Part shown: positions 63,592 to 64,000 of the stretch, in pieces | Layout: each line of letters opens with the position of its first letter | Numbering within the stretch: the stretch's first letter is position 1 | DNA from: Octopus bimaculoides | Taxonomy: Eukaryota | Direction: 5' to 3' | DNA: 64,000 bases | Assembly: GCF_001194135.2 (NCBI RefSeq) | Contig: NC_068989.1 | Span: 58,448,620-58,512,619, forward strand | Program-made: the position numbers and the translations under genes | Notes under the pieces: generated by a model | Told to the model about the DNA's origin: nothing | The model's database searches: none | What the model saw: the letters and a program-made list of their open reading frames with translations, nothing else

Positions 63592-64000
63592 TAGTTTTCG
63601 AATGACTACTCTATATTTTTTATTTATTTATTTTATTTTATTCTAAATGTAACAATGGACTTCCTCTAAACAAGCAAATATAATTTGCCATAATCTTTTA
63701 AAAATCTAAGCGTAAGCTTCTTTTGTCAACATATTACAAAAAAAAAAAAAGCTACGAAGCTCAATGCAACTACTTCCCTCCAAGCCAAATAATAAAATTA
63801 AAAAAACCGTGGCTGTGTGGTATGAAGTTTGCTTTCCATCTACATGGTCTCGGGTTCAATTCTACAGATTGGCACTTTGGGCAGATGTCTTTTACTATAG
63901 TTCCAGGCCAGCCAAAGCCTTGTAAGTGGATTTGGTTGGCGGAAACTGAAAGAAGCTCATCGTATATCTTACGTATGTGTGTGTTTGTGTTTGTACCTTT

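Overview
AT-rich, intron-rich animal genomic DNA. The SINE/LINE families and microsatellite load look like Octopus (inferred, not verified). The scaffold has three N gaps. Two complete genes lie tail-to-tail and were rebuilt exon by exon by hand, with GT-AG junctions and consistent phases. ABCB6 is on + (17 coding exons, 13695-44945, 2496 nt, 831 aa), a TMD0-containing ABC half-transporter of the ABCB6/HMT-1 type. GTPBP6 is on - (11 coding exons, 60884-46042, 1653 nt, 550 aa), a mitochondrial HflX-family GTPase. Introns are filled with tRNA-derived SINEs, RTE LINE fragments, Tc1/mariner remnants, MITEs and microsatellites. I found no clearly new multi-gene system. The strongest leads are: a Merlin-like MITE carrying inverted telomeric repeats with an 8-bp TSD; an 890-bp foldback built from two transposase 3' ends; a dense array of GGAACTTTCCAGGAA (kB-like/STAT) motifs; a duplicated GTPBP6 splice acceptor that could act as a poison exon; a GTPBP6 G5 Asn codon that A-to-I editing could revert to Ser; a candidate recursive splice site; and opposed poly(A) signals about 50 nt apart. 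Repeat boundaries are approximate and all functional claims are untested.
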